30,852 bases of DNA from positions 1-30,852 of IMG/VR virus record IMGVR_UViG_3300026484_000176; one strand, given 5' to 3'. The notes below the pieces were generated by a model. It did no database searches. It had not been told where the DNA came from and saw nothing but the letters and a program-made list of their open reading frames with translations. The DNA comes from a virus. Lineage: Duplodnaviria > Caudoviricetes. A program made the position numbers and the translations under genes. This document shows positions 26,993-30,852 of this stretch, one piece after another. The stretch's first letter is position 1. Every line of letters starts with the position of its first letter.

Positions 26993-27320
26993 TGAAGCAT
27001 TAGTAAATAAAGTTATAGAAATTGATATTAATCTACATGAACAAAAAATGTCAATTAATACATTAGAAAAAACATTAGAAAAGATAACAAATGTATTAGA
27101 AAAATTAACTGTTATTGAACAAAAAAATGCTGTTTTAAATGAACAATTTATAAATGTAGAGAAAAGAACAACTAACTTAGAAGAACGAAATAAATGGATA
27201 AATAGAACATTAGTTGGATTAATGATAGTTTCTCTTGGACAATTCTTTTTTGATAAAATTATACATAAAAAAGAAGAACAAAATAATACAGTTGTAAAGA
27301 TAGAAAAGAAAAAGACTTAA
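26985..27320 (+). CDS. Coiled-coil protein with C-terminal TM helix (XhlA-like lysis protein)
   Basis: Heptad repeats then KWINRTLVGLMIVSLGQFFF. Confidence 0.55.
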   Translation: MDNEALVNKVIEIDINLHEQKMSINTLEKTLEKITNVLEKLTVIEQKNAVLNEQFINVEKRTTNLEERNKWINRTLVGLMIVSLGQFFFDKIIHKKEEQNNTVVKIEKKKT

Positions 27321-28912
27321 ACAATTAAGTCTAAATCTTCTTTTAATTTTAATCTTATACATCTTTTAGTTGTTTTATAATATGGGTGTTTATGCATTTT
27401 AAGTTTTCCACCTAATAGTTCTTCAAATTTATCTGCTTTATATATACTTGTCTTTTTAAAATTATTATCTTCACTTTCTTTTATTAATTTTAAAAATAAT
27501 TCTTTTGGTCTTACTATAAACATTTCTAAATCTTCATTATGCATTTCTTTTACATATATAAAATCTGAATATTTTGTATAATAATCATCTGCTAATATAT
27601 CTATTGCTATTGTTTGTAATCTATCTTTAAAAAATAATTTTAAATTTGTCATTAAATCATTATCAATACCAAGATTATTTTTTTTGAATTCACTATTAAG
27701 AAATTCTATTGCTTTTAATTCTGATTTTTCTTCTCCTAATTTTTTATACATATCTATTTCTCTTTTTATACTAACAAGTGCATAATGTTTTAAAATTCTT
27801 TTATAAGACATAGAACCTATTTTTTTAAACATTTCTAAATCATTTAATCTTCCTGTATCTTCTAAACTATAAGATGTTATTCTTTCTTGTATTTGTTTAT
27901 CCACAAAACCTTTAAAAGAATTTACTGTTTCAGCATGTAGCATAACTTTTGAAAATACTGGAACTTCCATTTTTAATCTATTTTTTGCAGATATAGAAAC
28001 TTCATTTGTTATTTTTTTCATACCAGATTTAAAAATTTTAAATTCATCTTCATATATAAACATTTTTCCTACTATCATTTCTGGGCTTGTTGCACTTCTT
28101 TCTACTAAAAGATTTTCAAATTCAACTTCTCCTGCAACTCCAAGCTCTTTATATATCGATAACATAAAAGATTTACCAAAATTTGCTGGAAAATGTAAAT
28201 CAAAAAAGCTTGTTTTTCTATTGCTAGTGAACATACTTGCAACAATTAATTTATTAAATGTATCAAATACTGGATTGAAATCAAGATATTCTTTTAATAC
28301 TTCTGGTGCATCTTCTAAATTCTTCTCTGTTAAATCTTCTAGCTCAAAAAATAATATATCATTATTATATATAATAAGATTTGATTTTTCTTTTATTGCT
28401 TCATTTCTTCCAAAAAAGTTGAACTTAAAACTAATATTTTCTATTGTATTTTCATCCATTATGTGTATTAGTGCCTTTTCTATATTACATACAAAATAAT
28501 CCTCTTTTTTTCTCTTATTTGGTAGCATAATATTAACAAAAGAATTTGGATAATAAACTTGTTTTATTAATTTTAATAAATCTAATTTTGAATAATATTT
28601 TATTTCATTTTTATTATCTTCAACATCAACTCTTATAAACATTCTCGCTTTTGTATCATAAAATATAGTTTTTTTAATATCTGTTAGAATTTTGTTCTGT
28701 TCTTGTTCTGTTAAAAAATAATCATTACCTGTATTATCTTTATATCCTTCAATATATCCAACTTTTTTAATAAAGTCTTCAATCTCATTTTGTCTTTCAA
28801 ATTTTCTATTTTTATGAACTGCTGTTTTTTCATTTAAAAAATATTCTAAGTTTGTCATTTTTTGAGCCTCCAAGTCTAGAACTTCTTCCATTTCTTTAAT
28901 ATACATATTCAT
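27317..28912 (-). CDS. SF3/D5-like helicase-type replication NTPase
   Basis: Walker A PANFGKS, Walker B FIYEDEF, downstream KKIT...I..KN pattern; largest gene of the early arm; promoter TATAAT at 28967-28972. Confidence 0.7.
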   Translation of the reverse strand: MNMYIKEMEEVLDLEAQKMTNLEYFLNEKTAVHKNRKFERQNEIEDFIKKVGYIEGYKDNTGNDYFLTEQEQNKILTDIKKTIFYDTKARMFIRVDVEDNKNEIKYYSKLDLLKLIKQVYYPNSFVNIMLPNKRKKEDYFVCNIEKALIHIMDENTIENISFKFNFFGRNEAIKEKSNLIIYNNDILFFELEDLTEKNLEDAPEVLKEYLDFNPVFDTFNKLIVASMFTSNRKTSFFDLHFPANFGKSFMLSIYKELGVAGEVEFENLLVERSATSPEMIVGKMFIYEDEFKIFKSGMKKITNEVSISAKNRLKMEVPVFSKVMLHAETVNSFKGFVDKQIQERITSYSLEDTGRLNDLEMFKKIGSMSYKRILKHYALVSIKREIDMYKKLGEEKSELKAIEFLNSEFKKNNLGIDNDLMTNLKLFFKDRLQTIAIDILADDYYTKYSDFIYVKEMHNEDLEMFIVRPKELFLKLIKESEDNNFKKTSIYKADKFEELLGGKLKMHKHPYYKTTKRCIRLKLKEDLDLIV

Positions 28913-29000
28913 TGTTTGTCCTTTTTGTTTTAATTTTTTTAAAAGTTTTTCAACTTTCTTATATACATTATAACTAAAAAAAAAATTTTTTAAGTTAATT

Positions 29001-29717
29001 TTAAAATAAATTTTCTAAATTGTTATCTTTTAGATATTTTTTTATTTTTAATATTATATTTTTAATATTATTATTTATTTTTTTTGTTTTACCAGATAAA
29101 AAATCTTCAATATATTTTAATTCTTTTTCTGTTATTTTTTTTGCCTCATAACATTCAAATATAACATCTAAAATAGGAGTTTTTTTTCTTTCTTCTGTGT
29201 TATCTAATATATAAGTATCAAGAGTTATACCTTTATCTTTATCTTCTATCTCACTCTCAAATAATTCAAAATTTTTTTTAATCTTATTCTCTTCTTTGCA
29301 TTTATTTAATAATTCTTCATATTCTTTTTCTGTTATCTTTTTATTTTTCAAATCTTTCTTTAATTCTTTCTCATATTTATCAACTTTAAGTTTATTATAT
29401 CCATATTTTTCCCAAAATTTAGTAACCCAAGGAATATGAACTATATCATGGTTTTCAATTGTAAATTTATATAAAGAATTATATATTGAAGAATATACAA
29501 AAGAAGTTATCTTCATTCCTTTTGTTTCATCATATTTTGAATGTGCTATTATTACACTTATCCAAGCTTCTTGCAATAAATCGTGTATGTTCTGTTTTGA
29601 TTTTTTAGAAAAAGAAATAGCAAATTTATAAACCATATTCTCATACTGTTCAATAATATTATATTTGAACTTTTTTTCTATTTCTTCAGTTGTCAAATAT
29701 TCTTTTTCTTCTTTCAT
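29001..29717 (-). CDS. Sigma70 region-2-like protein
   Basis: YENMVYKFA...HDLLQEAWISVIIAHSKYDETKGMKITSFVY...IVHIP closely follows the sigma region 2 consensus (DLxQE, yD..kG.kf.ty, ir.P). Confidence 0.75.
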   Translation of the reverse strand: MKEEKEYLTTEEIEKKFKYNIIEQYENMVYKFAISFSKKSKQNIHDLLQEAWISVIIAHSKYDETKGMKITSFVYSSIYNSLYKFTIENHDIVHIPWVTKFWEKYGYNKLKVDKYEKELKKDLKNKKITEKEYEELLNKCKEENKIKKNFELFESEIEDKDKGITLDTYILDNTEERKKTPILDVIFECYEAKKITEKELKYIEDFLSGKTKKINNNIKNIILKIKKYLKDNNLENLF

Positions 29718-29743
29718 TTTTTATCCTATGATATATTCTTTTT

Positions 29744-30244
29744 TTATAATATATCATAAAAATAACTTTTTTTGTTGTTTAACATTGATAATAATGTTTT
29801 AATAAATACATTATATTCTTCTTTTTCTATATCTTTTTTACCAGTATTTCCAAAAGCAACTCCTAATGCTTTAGATTCCCAAAAATAATCATGAACTGGA
29901 TTATATCTTATATAATATTCTTCATTTGTTAATTTATCTTTTATTTTTACATCTGTTTTCTTTTCAAAGTTAAAAAATTCTTTATATTCTTTAACTAATT
30001 GTATCTCATAAGCAATATCTATATATTTTTTTAAATTTTCTTTTAAAGTATCATTTTTTAATATATCTTTATATTTATTTCTTTCAAAATTTCTTTTTAT
30101 TAAATAAATATTACCAAAGTCATTTAAATTACTATAAGTATATTGAATTAAGTGATTTTCTCCTTCACTTAACTCAATATTTTCTATTTTTATTAAACTA
30201 TTTATGTAATTTTCTAAGTTTTCTTTTGTTAATAAGTTTTTCAT
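29744..30244 (-). CDS. Hypothetical protein
   Basis: 166 aa; promoter TTAAGA (30303-30308)-N20-TATAAT (30277-30282) and AAGGA RBS. Confidence 0.75.
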   Translation of the reverse strand: MKNLLTKENLENYINSLIKIENIELSEGENHLIQYTYSNLNDFGNIYLIKRNFERNKYKDILKNDTLKENLKKYIDIAYEIQLVKEYKEFFNFEKKTDVKIKDKLTNEEYYIRYNPVHDYFWESKALGVAFGNTGKKDIEKEEYNVFIKTLLSMLNNKKSYFYDIL

Positions 30245-30320
30245 TTTTTTGTCCTTTTTTGTTTGTTTGTATATATATTATAATAGATTTTTTTTATTTT
30301 TATCTTAATTTTAAAGAAAT

Positions 30321-30770
30321 TTATATATTTCTTACTAATTTTAATATTTCTTTAAAGAATATTTCTGATAGTTGAAAATCTTCAGATATATTTTTAAAAT
30401 AATATCTATTCTTACTGCTGTCAAATATTAATTCATAATCATAATCTAAAAAATAATTATATAAAAAAATAGAGTTTTGTTCTTCTTCTTTAAATGTTTT
30501 TAAAACATTATAATAATGTTCTTTAATATGTTCCTCTAACATATCTTTTAAAATCTTTTCAAATGAATATTCTATATATTTATCATTTATTATTTTTTTA
30601 TAAACACCATTTTTAAAATTAAAATACAAATAACTAATAGTTTCAAAATCATCTTTGTTTGATATTATATGTTCTTGTATTTCTTCTATTTTTGCTCTGT
30701 TTTCTTTATATTTACTATGGAAGTTAATATTAAAATCATTTTCCAAAATTATTCTATTTAAGTTTGTCAT
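30321..30770 (-). CDS. Hypothetical protein
   Basis: 149 aa downstream of the cassette at 47-141 / 30771-30852. Confidence 0.75.
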   Translation of the reverse strand: MTNLNRIILENDFNINFHSKYKENRAKIEEIQEHIISNKDDFETISYLYFNFKNGVYKKIINDKYIEYSFEKILKDMLEEHIKEHYYNVLKTFKEEEQNSIFLYNYFLDYDYELIFDSSKNRYYFKNISEDFQLSEIFFKEILKLVRNI

Positions 30771-30852
30771 TGTGTGTCCTTTTTATTTTGTTTTTTATAA
30801 GTTGATTTATGAGTTTTTCAACTTATGTATTGTTATTATAATGTTTTTTTTT
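30726..30852. repeat. Terminal direct repeat (circular assembly overlap), copy 2
   Basis: Identical to 1-127. Confidence 0.95.

Larger units (their letters stand above)
1..30852. mobile_element. Complete tailed bacteriophage genome, siphovirus-like
   Basis: TerS-TerL-portal-scaffold-capsid-tail tube-chaperone-TMP-tail tip gene order, no sheath gene seen, no host genes, circular overlap. Confidence 0.95.

Noticed and set aside
4430-27320. Stop-codon reassignment
   Set aside because: Genes are full length under the standard code and coding density is high; the one gap (16021-16359) is explained by a frameshift.
27317-30770. Integrase/repressor lysogeny module, or a reverse-transcriptase (DGR/retron) system
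   Set aside because: No recombinase catalytic motifs, CI-like HTH-peptidase, RT YxDD-domain protein or template/variable repeat pair was recognised; lifestyle remains undetermined.

Overview
The window is an apparently complete, very AT-rich (roughly 20% GC by eye), circularly assembled siphovirus-type phage genome of about 30,725 bp; bases 1-127 recur at 30726-30852. A + strand arm (4430-27320) carries terminase, portal, scaffold, capsid, head-tail, tail tube, a -1 frameshifted tail chaperone, tape measure, a Cys-rich gpL/BR0599-type hub, tail tip/fibre and putative lysis genes. A - strand arm (3142->1 and 30770->27317) carries small early ORFs, two sigma70-region-2-like proteins and an SF3/D5-like NTPase. 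The arms diverge across a 1.3-kb non-coding region with head-to-head GTAACC iterons. Promoter and RBS architecture (TTAAGA-N20/21-TATAAT, AAGGA) suggests a Campylobacterota-like host (inference). The most striking signal is eight perfect 7-1-7 Fur-box palindromes (TGATAATGATTATCA) plus one variant, most fused to a second dispersed motif (CAGAAAAAATTTT[C/T]AAA, about 19 copies). They are spread every 2-3 kb over the left half of the late arm and are written in-frame into unrelated proteins. This may be an iron-responsive control or Fur-titration system. No integrase, repressor, DNA polymerase or canonical endolysin was recognised.
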